Shown one piece after another: positions 1 to 9,385 of a DNA stretch of 53,965 bases (its first letter is position 1; each line of letters starts with the position of its first letter). The position numbers and the translations under genes were made by a program. The notes beneath the pieces are model-generated. The model searched no databases and was not told where the DNA came from. It saw nothing but the letters and a program-made list of their open reading frames with translations. The stretch is from contig JANREL010000158.1 of assembly GCA_030758355.1 (NCBI GenBank), forward strand, positions 1 through 53,965. The letters are read 5' to 3'. This DNA is from Polaribacter sp. Its GTDB lineage: Bacteria > Bacteroidota > Bacteroidia > Flavobacteriales > Flavobacteriaceae.

Positions 1-2
1 AC

Positions 3-1025
3 GAAGGCAAGGGAGTTATGTTATGGGGAAAAATGACAGATCCATACAGTCAATTAATTATGGGTTATAGCGCTAATTCGAATATTAATGGAATTGGACA
101 TAAATCTCGTACTCAATTTAATGGACCAAGATTGATTGGATATCCTGAAAGTCATGACGAAGAGAGAATCATGTATAAAGCTTTAACTTACGGAAACAGC
201 GCTATTTCAGCTCATAATGTAAAAGATTTAAACACCGCATTATCTAGAATGTCTGCCATTGGTGCAGTAAGTTTAACAATTCCTGGTCCAAAGATGATTT
301 GGCATTTTGCTTCTTTAGGGATGGATATTTCCATTTTTGCTTGTAATAATGGAGTAGTTAATGAACCTGGAGGAACAGATGGCGATTGTAAATTAGACAC
401 CAAACAACAACCTCAATGGGCAGAAAATTGGATGTCTAATCCTGCGAGAAAGAAAATATACGATGATTGGGCTAGAATGAATTTATTAAAAATTAACGAA
501 CCCGTTTTTGAAGGTGATTACACAATTACCTCAGGTTCTTTAACGCCAAGAATTGATATTTACAATACCAATATTCCTGAAACAGGACTAAGAAATGTAG
601 TTGTTTTAGCCAATTTTGATGTGGTGCAACAAACCGTAAATACCAATTTTCCATCAGCTGGAGCTTGGGTTGATTTGATGGATGCAACAAACAATACTAC
701 TTATTCTGCAAGCACTATTACATTGCAACCAGGGCAATTCAAAATCTTTGGTAATAAAGCTGCCACCTTATCAAACGAGGATATTTCATTAGAAAAAACT
801 ACCCTACAACTGTATCCAAATCCAACTTCTAGTACTTTTTCTTTATCAAAAGAAGTACAAAAAGTGAGTGTTTTTGACATTACAGGCAAGCAAGTAAAAC
901 AGTTTTCTACTGCAAACATTAAGAATAATTTTTTTTCGGTGACTGATTTAAACAGCGGAATTTATTTTGTGCGAATCCAAGAAAGTTCAAACAATATAGA
1001 AACCAAAAAACTAATAATAGATTAA
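3..1025 (+). CDS. C-terminal part of a secreted alpha-amylase-like (GH13-type) hydrolase with a T9SS type A sorting domain; 5'-truncated by the window edge
   Basis: Frame is open from base 3 (EGKGVMLWGKM...). ESHDEER resembles GH13 region IV, followed by TIPGPKMIWHF. C-terminal LYPNP...VFDITGKQV...LNSGIYFVRI...KKLII is the T9SS CTD signature. Confidence 0.8.
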   Translation, partial: EGKGVMLWGKMTDPYSQLIMGYSANSNINGIGHKSRTQFNGPRLIGYPESHDEERIMYKALTYGNSAISAHNVKDLNTALSRMSAIGAVSLTIPGPKMIWHFASLGMDISIFACNNGVVNEPGGTDGDCKLDTKQQPQWAENWMSNPARKKIYDDWARMNLLKINEPVFEGDYTITSGSLTPRIDIYNTNIPETGLRNVVVLANFDVVQQTVNTNFPSAGAWVDLMDATNNTTYSASTITLQPGQFKIFGNKAATLSNEDISLEKTTLQLYPNPTSSTFSLSKEVQKVSVFDITGKQVKQFSTANIKNNFFSVTDLNSGIYFVRIQESSNNIETKKLIID

Positions 1026-1144
1026 AAAAATGTCATTACAATATTGGAACATCCCCCAATTTATGAACTAAAAAGCTAGGGAGATAATTCTGCTGAGTGA
1101 AAAACTGGATTTTAATATCAATAAATTTAGTGTAGTGTGTAAAC

Positions 1145-1173
1145 AAAAGAGCTGCTATTTAAGCAGCTCTTTT
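1145..1173. terminator. Bidirectional intrinsic terminator overlapping the desulfurase stop codon
   Basis: Perfect 12-bp inverted repeat aaaagagctgct-attta-agcagctctttt between convergent genes. Confidence 0.8.
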
Positions 1174-2291
1174 AATTTTACAATCGTAAAATCTATCTCT
1201 TCTTTGGTGGTGAATTTTGAAAATGAAAATCGAATTGAAGTTTCGTTTGCTTGTTCATCAGTCAAAATTTCAGCTAACACATGTGATCCTTTATTGCTTC
1301 CACTTTGGCAAGCTGAACCTCCAGAAACGGCAATTCCTGCCATATCTAAACTGAATAGTAATAAGTCGTTTTTTACAGGAAAACGAACATTTAAAATAGT
1401 GTACGTACTTTTTTCTAGGTCTGATGAAGTTCCATTAAAAGCGATGTTTTTAAAATGATGCTGCAACTCATCAATAAAATATTTTTTAATGACATTGATA
1501 TGGTTTTTATCATTCTCTAGGTTATTACACGCTATTTCTAGGGCTTTTTCCATGCCTAAAATTCCATGCACATTTTCCGTACTAGACCTTGCTCCTTTTT
1601 CTTGATTTCCTCCATAAAAAAGAGGTATAATGGTAAAACCTTTTTTAAAATACGCAAAACCAACGCCTTTGGGCCCATGAAATTTATGGGCACTTGCTAC
1701 CAAAAAATCAATGGGAGTTTGTTGCAAATCAATATGATAATGCCCCACTGCTTGTACAGCATCTGAATGAAAGAGTGCTTGGTACTTGTCAGATAATTCA
1801 CACACTGCATCTGTTGATAGTAGGTTTCCGATTTCATTGTTGATGAGCATCAAACTGATCAACGTTTTTTTATCAGAAGTTGCAAGAAGGGTTTCTAAAT
1901 GATGTAAATCAATATTTCCATGAACATCTAGTTGAACAAAATCCAATTGAATTTCGTGTGTTTTTTCTAAAAATTCGCAGGTATTCAATACTGCATGATG
2001 CTCAATTTTTGAAGTAATAATTCGTTGAACTCCCAAATTAAAAACAGCGTTTTGAAGAATTAAATTATCAGCTTCTGTACCTCCTGAAGTAAAAATAATT
2101 TCGCTTGCAGAAACATTAAAGCGTTTTGCAATATTTTTTCTGGCAGTTTCAATCGCCGATTTTGCTTTACGACCAAATTGATGTGTTGAAGAGGGATTGC
2201 CAAAATTTTCTAAAGACGCTTCATGCATCACTGATAAAACTTCAGCATCAATCATTGTAGTTGCAGCATTGTCTAAATAAATCATTTTCAT
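1155..2291 (-). CDS. iscS: Cysteine desulfurase (IscS/NifS group I)
   Basis: IYLDNAATT, GNPSS, HSDAVQA, SAHKFHGPKG (PLP lysine) and SGGSACQSG (catalytic Cys). Alternative start at 2285. Confidence 0.9.
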   Translation of the reverse strand: MKMIYLDNAATTMIDAEVLSVMHEASLENFGNPSSTHQFGRKAKSAIETARKNIAKRFNVSASEIIFTSGGTEADNLILQNAVFNLGVQRIITSKIEHHAVLNTCEFLEKTHEIQLDFVQLDVHGNIDLHHLETLLATSDKKTLISLMLINNEIGNLLSTDAVCELSDKYQALFHSDAVQAVGHYHIDLQQTPIDFLVASAHKFHGPKGVGFAYFKKGFTIIPLFYGGNQEKGARSSTENVHGILGMEKALEIACNNLENDKNHINVIKKYFIDELQHHFKNIAFNGTSSDLEKSTYTILNVRFPVKNDLLLFSLDMAGIAVSGGSACQSGSNKGSHVLAEILTDEQANETSIRFSFSKFTTKEEIDFTIVKLKELLK

Positions 2292-2314
2292 TGTGTAAAA
2301 ATACAGTTTACAAA

Positions 2315-2863
2315 TTAAAAATTACCATTTTGAAAAACAACTACTTCAGTGGCTCCCAAACCATATTTCTTGTAAGAAGCATCGTAAAACTTTACTGGAT
2401 ATTTTTGAAACAAACGTACCAATTCCGATTTTAAAACCCCTTCTCCTACTCCATGAATAAATACAACTTTCGGAATTCTTTTAGAAATCGCGTATTCTAA
2501 TTTTCGTTTCGCAGTATCTAATTGCAAATTCAACATGTCGAAATTATCCATTCCTCTTGTTGAGTTTACCAATTGATTGATATGCAAATCAACTTCAAAA
2601 ATAACTTCGTTTTTATCTTTTTTAAACGCACTTTTTTTATCGGGTTGAGATGCAATTTTTTCTTTAAACAACTGATGATTGATATCTGAAAATTTAGAAA
2701 GTTCATGTTGGTCTTTTTCAATTTTAACTAATTCTGATTTCAAAAAAGTCAAAATCATTCCATCGTCTGTTTTAACAGTAATATTTTCTCCCTCAATTTT
2801 TACCACGCTGCCTTTTAAAACATCATCTAAAACTGCTACTTTATTTCCAATTTCTAAACGCAT
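2315..2863 (-). CDS. Smr/MutS2 domain protein
   Basis: EVDLHI...VVFIHGVGEGVLK...GLGATEV Smr motifs. Confidence 0.88.
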   Translation of the reverse strand: MRLEIGNKVAVLDDVLKGSVVKIEGENITVKTDDGMILTFLKSELVKIEKDQHELSKFSDINHQLFKEKIASQPDKKSAFKKDKNEVIFEVDLHINQLVNSTRGMDNFDMLNLQLDTAKRKLEYAISKRIPKVVFIHGVGEGVLKSELVRLFQKYPVKFYDASYKKYGLGATEVVVFQNGNF

Positions 2864-2926
2864 TCTTAACCTTTACTTAATTTAAAATGAACTATTAATG
2901 ATTTAATTTTGTACAAAAATAACAAG

Positions 2927-3586
2927 ATGCTGAAGACTAAATCTGTTTCTGCAAAAAACTTCTTCGAAAAATCATCGAAAAAAATTTTAATAGCTGAAGA
3001 TAGAAAAAATTACTTGCTAAAAATTGCAGAAACAATTGCCAAAGAATATGCAAAAAACGAAGTTGTTAACCTTACTTTCATTTGTTCTCAAAACTCCAGA
3101 AGAAGTCAGTTAGCACAAGTTTGGGGATTTTTTGCCGCTAGTTATTTTAAGTTAAACATCCTCTCATTTTCTGGCGGAATTGAAATTACTTCATTTAATA
3201 GAAGTACTATAAAAACATTACAAAAAGCAGGATTTTACTTTCAATTGTCTGATTTTTCACATCAAAATCCGAAGTATGAAATTTCATTTGATGGTACAAA
3301 AAAACATATTATTGGCTATTCTAAATTGATTGAACATCCAGAAAACCCATCGAATTTTATAGCAATAACTACTTGTACAAATGTGGATACAAATTGCGCT
3401 TGTATTGGCGCAAGCTATTGTTTTCAATTGCCTATTGAAGACCCAAAACGCAGTGATGGAACTTTGTTACAAGAGGAAAGATATATGGAAATTAACAAAC
3501 AAATTTCAGGTGAAATCTATTTTATTTTTAACGAAGTTAGACAAAAATTAAAATTAACATCATTGCTTAACGGTCAATATATTTAA
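2927..3586 (+). CDS. Low-molecular-weight phosphatase / ArsC-like protein
   Basis: FICSQNSRRSQLAQ (CX5R P-loop) and a downstream EDP. Start moved to ATG 2927 because TAATTTTG (-7 box) sits at 2904-2911. Confidence 0.75.
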   Translation: MLKTKSVSAKNFFEKSSKKILIAEDRKNYLLKIAETIAKEYAKNEVVNLTFICSQNSRRSQLAQVWGFFAASYFKLNILSFSGGIEITSFNRSTIKTLQKAGFYFQLSDFSHQNPKYEISFDGTKKHIIGYSKLIEHPENPSNFIAITTCTNVDTNCACIGASYCFQLPIEDPKRSDGTLLQEERYMEINKQISGEIYFIFNEVRQKLKLTSLLNGQYI

Positions 3587-3634
3587 TTGTTGACGTAAAA
3601 TTCTAATCTTAATCATTTGAGAATTTACTATAAC

Positions 3635-4420
3635 TTATATCTCAATACTTTTATCATACGGAATCATTTTTAAAATATGATTGATTACGTTTAATCTTGC
3701 ATCTGTTTTTCTATTCGCACGTATTATTTTCCAGGGAGAAATTGTAGTATTTGTCCTAGCAAACATGGCATTTTTATACGCAGTATATTGATCCCACAAT
3801 TCTTGTGCTTTTTCATCTAATTTAGTCATTTTCCACTGTTTTAATGGATCTTTTTTGATGTCAGCAAAACGTTTTGCTTGTTCCGTTTTTGAGATTGACA
3901 TGTAAATTTTTACTAAGTGAATACCAGATTCTAAAATCATTCTCTCGAAATCATTTACCTGACTCATAAAAATTTCATACTCTTCTTGGGTACAAAATCC
4001 GTTTACAGGCTCTACAACTGCCCTGTTATACCAACTTCTGTCAAAAAAAACCATTTCACCAGCCTTTGGAAATTGCTCCACATAACGTTGAAAATACCAT
4101 TGAGATTCCTCGTCTTTTGATGGTTTTGGCAAGGCTACTATTCGCATGTGACGTGGATTGATTCGTTCAGTAACACGTCTAATAGCACCACCTTTTCCTG
4201 CAGCATCTCTACCTTGAAAAACAATGATAATTCGTTCGTCATTATTGATTGCCCAAGTTTGAAGGCGAATCAATTCTGCTTGTAGTTTTTCGATTTTCTT
4301 CTGATAATCAATATATCTCAGTGCCTTTTCAACATTGTAAGGCTCTTTTAAAAGCAAAGCTAAAAAACCTTTTTTAGTATTTATCCTTCTTAATTCCTCT
4401 TCTGTTAGATGTAAATTCAT
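3635..4420 (-). CDS. ppk2: Polyphosphate kinase 2
   Basis: GRDAAGKGG Walker A, FDRSWYNRA and lid helix KQWK. Confidence 0.93.
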   Translation of the reverse strand: MNLHLTEEELRRINTKKGFLALLLKEPYNVEKALRYIDYQKKIEKLQAELIRLQTWAINNDERIIIVFQGRDAAGKGGAIRRVTERINPRHMRIVALPKPSKDEESQWYFQRYVEQFPKAGEMVFFDRSWYNRAVVEPVNGFCTQEEYEIFMSQVNDFERMILESGIHLVKIYMSISKTEQAKRFADIKKDPLKQWKMTKLDEKAQELWDQYTAYKNAMFARTNTTISPWKIIRANRKTDARLNVINHILKMIPYDKSIEI

Positions 4421-4424
4421 ACGA

Positions 4425-5294
4425 TTAATCTATTTGATGAATATTAGATCGAAAATAACGCATCACCACATTTGGATCTGGAGTAAGCACTGTACCTGCC
4501 TGTGATTTTCCTTCGTAATTAAATTGCGACAAAACATGTCTCATAGCCTCTAATCTAGCTACCTTTTTATTATTGGTTTTGATAATCATCCAAGGACTGT
4601 AGGTTGTGTGTGTTTTTGAAAACATTTCGGCTTTGTATTCTGTGTATTTATCCCATAAAACCTGGCCTTGTTTATCAACAGGACTAAATTTCCAACGTTT
4701 TAATGGATTTTCTTTTCTGGCTTCAAAACGTTTTAACTGTTCTTCTTTTGTTATAGACAACCAAAATTTAATAATAACAACTCCGTCTTCATACATCATA
4801 TGCTCAAATTCAGGTACTTGCAACAAAAAATTTCTGTACTGAATTTCTGAACAAAAACCCATTACTGGCTCAACAACGGCTCTGTTATACCAACTTCTAT
4901 CAAAAAATACTATTTCACCAGGATTGGGTAATTCTTTGATATATCGTTGAAAATACCATTGCCCTTTTTCAATATCAGTAGGTTTATTTAATGCAACCAA
5001 TCTACTAGACCTTGGATTAAGATGTTCCATAAAACGTCTGATATTCCCTCCTTTTCCAGCAGCATCTCTTCCTTCAAAAATAACAGCAACTCTCATATTA
5101 TAATTCGAAATATGACGTTGCAATTTTACCAACTCTATTTGTAACAAACGTAGTTCATTTTCGTAGGAAAGTGCTTCTTGAACTTTGGCATAAGAAATGT
5201 TTTTATCTTTTATTTTGGCAAGTAATTCTCTGTTATTTTTTATGTTTTGAAAATCTTCAACGGATAGCGTTTCTTTAATAATCATTGAGTTCAT
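4425..5294 (-). CDS. ppk2: Polyphosphate kinase 2 (tandem paralog; start may be 5285)
   Basis: EGRDAAGKGG, FDRSWYNRA, PLKRWKFSPVD. Confidence 0.93.
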   Translation of the reverse strand: MNSMIIKETLSVEDFQNIKNNRELLAKIKDKNISYAKVQEALSYENELRLLQIELVKLQRHISNYNMRVAVIFEGRDAAGKGGNIRRFMEHLNPRSSRLVALNKPTDIEKGQWYFQRYIKELPNPGEIVFFDRSWYNRAVVEPVMGFCSEIQYRNFLLQVPEFEHMMYEDGVVIIKFWLSITKEEQLKRFEARKENPLKRWKFSPVDKQGQVLWDKYTEYKAEMFSKTHTTYSPWMIIKTNNKKVARLEAMRHVLSQFNYEGKSQAGTVLTPDPNVVMRYFRSNIHQID

Positions 5295-5363
5295 TTAATA
5301 GCACTAAAATAAACCTTTTTTTGATAATTGTGTTAAAAAAGAATGATTTTACATCTGTTGATT

Positions 5364-5371
5364 TATATTTG
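5364..5371 (+). promoter_or_regulatory. Bacteroidetes housekeeping -7 box
   Basis: TATATTTG ending 6 nt before ATG 5378. Confidence 0.55.
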
Positions 5372-5377
5372 TGTTTT

Positions 5378-6328
5378 ATGAAAAAAATTCTGCTTCTTTT
5401 AACATTTTTTAATGTATTTTGGATCTTTTCTCAACAAAAATTTTCAAAAGAAATTAGCTTTATCAATGACAACGATCTGTATGTTTCTGTTGTTAGAGAT
5501 CGATATTACACAAATGGAATGTTTTTAAACTACAGATATTTGTCAGAAACCAAAAAAGAATTTGTAGAAAAAAAAATTTTTCAATGGCAAATTGGTCATA
5601 AAATGTTCACACCAAATAGACCAAATGTAACTTCAATTGATGAACATGACAGACCTTTTGCAGGATATTTATATGGTAATTTCGGAATTACAAATGTCTA
5701 TAAAACCAACAAAATTCTAACTACTTCAATTGATATTGGTGTTATTGGAGAAAATGCATTTAGCAAAGAAATTCAAGATTTCATTCACAAATTATATGGT
5801 TTTAAATTAGGCACTGGATGGGAATATCAGATAAAAAATGCATTTGGAATTAATTTTAGAGCAGAATATATCTCTTATATTGGTAAAGATTCCTCAGGAA
5901 TGTATGATGTTTCATGGGTAAATACAGTAAATTTCGGGACTGTTTTTACAGATATTTCTACTGGATTGTATAGCAGAATTGGTTTGAAGCCTTTGCAAAA
6001 ACTAGCCAATTCTATTGCTTTTAAAACCAATTTAAATAACAAAAATACGAATGATGTCAGAGAAATTGAATCTTTTCTAGTTATCAAACCAACTGTTAGC
6101 TATGCCTTTTATGACGCTACTATTCAAGGAAGTTTTTTAAATGCAGGAAGTCTAGTTACCAAAGAATTGATTCCAATGGTTTTTAACCTTGAAATCGGAA
6201 TTAAATTTACCGCACATAGATTTCATTTTGGATATATTTTTAATTACAATACAAGTCAATCTGAGGACTTAAGGTATACGTATGGCAATAAATTTGGGAC
6301 AATTGCGATTCATTATTTATTACATTAA
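5378..6328 (+). CDS. Lipid A deacylase LpxR family (DUF2219) outer-membrane protein
   Basis: Signal peptide MKKILLLL, then NDND...DRYYTNG and DRPFAGYLY motifs. True start is the internal ATG at 5378. Confidence 0.82.
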   Translation: MKKILLLLTFFNVFWIFSQQKFSKEISFINDNDLYVSVVRDRYYTNGMFLNYRYLSETKKEFVEKKIFQWQIGHKMFTPNRPNVTSIDEHDRPFAGYLYGNFGITNVYKTNKILTTSIDIGVIGENAFSKEIQDFIHKLYGFKLGTGWEYQIKNAFGINFRAEYISYIGKDSSGMYDVSWVNTVNFGTVFTDISTGLYSRIGLKPLQKLANSIAFKTNLNNKNTNDVREIESFLVIKPTVSYAFYDATIQGSFLNAGSLVTKELIPMVFNLEIGIKFTAHRFHFGYIFNYNTSQSEDLRYTYGNKFGTIAIHYLLH

Positions 6329-7749
6329 CTTGAAAAAAATTCGTCTTTAAAGCCAATCAAATATAATTTTTCTTGAGCTCTTGTAATTGCTGTGTATAAC
6401 CATCTATAATATTCTTTTGAAACGCCATTAGGCAAATAAGGTTGCTCCACAAAAACAGTTTTCCATTGTCCTCCTTGAGATTTATGACAAGTTATGGCAT
6501 ATGAAAATTTGACTTGCAACGCATTGAAATATGGATTTTTTTTGATTGCCAGTAATTGTTTGTAATTGGAAGTTTCCTCTGCATAATCCTCTTTTATAGC
6601 TTGGTATAATTTATTGGAATCTTCATATGTTAAGGATGGACTTTCGCTTGTCAATGTGTCTAAAAGTAAAACCGTTTCAAAAGGAACCATTTCTGGATAA
6701 TCAATCATTCTGAGCGTAACTTCAGCAAATGAAAATCCATAAATCTCTTTGATGGAAAAAATACGCAACACTTCACAAATATCCCCATTCGCAATAAAAC
6801 CTGCTTGAGAAGTTTCATCGAGCCAAAAATAATTATTCTTAACAATCATGATGTAATCTCCTGTTGAAATCATATTTTCTTGACCTCGAATTTGCATTCG
6901 AATTTGCCTATTGTATTCATTTGCACGCTTATTTGACCTAACAATAAACGCAGTATCTTCTACTCCATTTGAATTATAAGCGTCCAAAATAGCATCTTCA
7001 ATCTCATAACCATCTTCCAATCTTTTGATATCAGGAAATTTTATTTGAAATTGAAATGGATTGCCATCATTTTGAATTAATTTTCGCAATTGAGTTGCAT
7101 TGAACAAAACTCCTGAGTTTTCATGTTGACGCATCACTTCATCCAACTCTATTTCTTTGACATCCTTAAAATAATGTTTGGTTAAAATATCTGAATCTAA
7201 AGCAGGACTCATAGTCAATTTTACTGGTGGAAGTTGAGCAGTATCTCCAACAAAAATCAATTTGCAGTTTTTACCAGAATAAACATACGAAATCAAATCA
7301 TCTAATAATGAGGAGCTTTCAAACGAATTTTGATGTTGTTTTTCATCAGGAATCATAGAAGCTTCATCAACTATAAAAAAAGTATTGGTATGTTTATTGG
7401 GCTGTAATACAAATGAAAGAGACCCATTAGATTGTTTTTTTGGAAAATAAATTTTTTTATGAATCGTAAATGCGGGTCGTTTTGAGTATACTGAAATCAC
7501 TTTTGCGGCTCTTCCTGTTGGTGCCAATAAAACTGCTTTTTTTCCTGCAAATTGGAGTGCATTTACAAAAGTGCTGATGACAGTTGTTTTTCCTGTTCCT
7601 GCATATCCTTTCAACAAAAAAAGACTTTCCTTATCCGTTTCAAAAATAAATATACTTAACAATTTTAGCATAACATCTTGCTTTTCTGTTGCCAAAAAAG
7701 GAAAATTTACATGCAATTGTTTGTAAAAATCTATGGGTTTTTGAATCAT
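6325..7749 (-). CDS. RecD-like SF1B ATP-dependent DNA helicase
   Basis: GYAGTGKT, LAPTGRAA, IVDEASM, GDTAQLPPV, YAITCHKSQG, LYTAITRA. Confidence 0.9.
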   Translation of the reverse strand: MIQKPIDFYKQLHVNFPFLATEKQDVMLKLLSIFIFETDKESLFLLKGYAGTGKTTVISTFVNALQFAGKKAVLLAPTGRAAKVISVYSKRPAFTIHKKIYFPKKQSNGSLSFVLQPNKHTNTFFIVDEASMIPDEKQHQNSFESSSLLDDLISYVYSGKNCKLIFVGDTAQLPPVKLTMSPALDSDILTKHYFKDVKEIELDEVMRQHENSGVLFNATQLRKLIQNDGNPFQFQIKFPDIKRLEDGYEIEDAILDAYNSNGVEDTAFIVRSNKRANEYNRQIRMQIRGQENMISTGDYIMIVKNNYFWLDETSQAGFIANGDICEVLRIFSIKEIYGFSFAEVTLRMIDYPEMVPFETVLLLDTLTSESPSLTYEDSNKLYQAIKEDYAEETSNYKQLLAIKKNPYFNALQVKFSYAITCHKSQGGQWKTVFVEQPYLPNGVSKEYYRWLYTAITRAQEKLYLIGFKDEFFSS

Positions 7750-7765
7750 AAAAAATATAATGTAA

Positions 7766-7824
7766 CAAAGATAGCTTTCTTTACAAATAAATGTTTTTAT
7801 GATTAAAAAAAAATTGTAGATTTG
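7766..7824. promoter_or_regulatory. Divergent promoter pair (-7 boxes)
   Basis: TATCTTTG on the minus strand at 7766-7773 and TAGATTTG on the plus strand at 7817-7824. Confidence 0.55.
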
Positions 7825-7851
7825 CCTTATTACTATTAAAAATAAAATAAA

Positions 7852-8586
7852 ATGAGTTTATTACTAATGATTATAGGAGCTGTCTTAGTAGCTGTTCTTC
7901 TTGCTTTTGCAATTGTTAAATATCTTCCATTAAACTTCCGTTGGATTCCTTCAATTATACTGTTAGCTATAGCAGTTTTTTTAGGATTTAAAATCTATGG
8001 AGGTATTATGGAGCCAATTCAATTTAACAAAGAAAAAGTTAAAAAATATTCGCCAGTTGTAGAGAATTTAAAAATGATCAGAGATGGAGAAATTAAATTC
8101 TACGAAAAATATGGAAGTTACACCAATAATAAAGAATTGTTAATTGCTTTCATTGAACAAGCTAAACTTGCCATAACTGAAACTAGAACAATCGTAGAAA
8201 AAGAAAACAGAGGTGGTGGAATTATTGTAGATGTTGAAAGAAGAGTAACAGATACCATTGGATATGAACCTGTTTTAAAATATTTTGAAGGTCGTGATTA
8301 TAAAAACATGTTTAAAGTTCCTGGAGTCGAAGGCATAGAATTTGAATTAGAAGTTGCAAAAGTTGAAAAAGTGCAAGGACTGATCGTCCCTACTTTTATG
8401 GCTAAAACTTCCAAAACAGCAATTTTAGCAGGCATGAATGAATCTTTGGTAAAACAAGAATTAGAAGCAATAGAAACCGATCAAATTAAAGGTGAATACG
8501 TTTCTGTAGGTTCTTTAGATGAAGTAACAACCGGAGGAAACTGGCCACCATCTTACGATAAACCAAGTGAAAAAAAGCAGCAATAA
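7852..8586 (+). CDS. Conserved hypothetical membrane-anchored protein
   Basis: Two N-terminal hydrophobic helices and C-terminal VGSLDEVTTGGNWP; first gene of an operon with DUF3822 and rsmD. Confidence 0.8.
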   Translation: MSLLLMIIGAVLVAVLLAFAIVKYLPLNFRWIPSIILLAIAVFLGFKIYGGIMEPIQFNKEKVKKYSPVVENLKMIRDGEIKFYEKYGSYTNNKELLIAFIEQAKLAITETRTIVEKENRGGGIIVDVERRVTDTIGYEPVLKYFEGRDYKNMFKVPGVEGIEFELEVAKVEKVQGLIVPTFMAKTSKTAILAGMNESLVKQELEAIETDQIKGEYVSVGSLDEVTTGGNWPPSYDKPSEKKQQ

Positions 8587-9385
8587 CATATCTTTAAAAA
8601 ACACTGACAATAAGATATTATCCATCCAATTTAGTTTGGATGGATTTTCTTTTTGTGTTTCAGATTTGTTTTCAAAAGAAATTAGCTACTTTGCTAATTA
8701 TACTTTTGATGAAACTGTCAATTCATTGGAAGATTTGTTAGAAAAAATAAAAACAATTTTTAACGAAGACCCTATTTTACACTATGAATTCAGTGAAGTT
8801 TTTGTCATTCATCAAAATAGCCTAAATACGCTTATTCCAGATGCATATTTTGATGAGGACTCGCTAAACTCTTATCTTGAGCTCAATATCAAAACCTTAC
8901 AAACAGATTTAATAACTTTTGATACTATTGCCGAAATTGAAGCAAAAAATGTATATGTTCCTTATGTAAACATCAATAATTATTTATTTCAAAACTTTGG
9001 TGAATTTGAGTACAAGCATCATACTACAATTCTCTTAGAAAAATTGATCCAAAAAAATGAGATTGAAGAGAAAGTGATGTTTGTGAATGTTTTTAAAAAC
9101 ACGTTTGATATTGTGGTTTTAGAAAATAAAAAATTGATTCTAAGTAACTCATTTTCATACCAAACTAAGGAAGATTTCATTTATTATATTCTCTTTGTGG
9201 CAGAACAATTACAATTAAATAACGAAGAATTCAAATTGTATTTTACTGGAGAAATAACTTTCGAGTCTGAGATATATAAAATTGTATATACGTACATTAA
9301 AAATGTATTTTTTCTTGAAAGCTCTCAGCCTATTTTTAAAGAATTAGATGCCGAAAAACATTCAAATTCCATTTTATTAGGATGA
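8567..9385 (+). CDS. DUF3822 family protein
   Basis: LSIQFSLDGFSF and EDFIYYILF motifs; lies just upstream of rsmD. Confidence 0.8.
   Translation: MKKSSNNISLKNTDNKILSIQFSLDGFSFCVSDLFSKEISYFANYTFDETVNSLEDLLEKIKTIFNEDPILHYEFSEVFVIHQNSLNTLIPDAYFDEDSLNSYLELNIKTLQTDLITFDTIAEIEAKNVYVPYVNINNYLFQNFGEFEYKHHTTILLEKLIQKNEIEEKVMFVNVFKNTFDIVVLENKKLILSNSFSYQTKEDFIYYILFVAEQLQLNNEEFKLYFTGEITFESEIYKIVYTYIKNVFFLESSQPIFKELDAEKHSNSILLG

Noticed and set aside
1135-1458. 107-aa plus-strand ORF and the many other 60-185 aa ORFs in the track (e.g. 23828..24385, 43098..43526, 49918..50391)
   Set aside because: They are antisense or off-frame shadows of well-supported genes and show no recognisable motifs.
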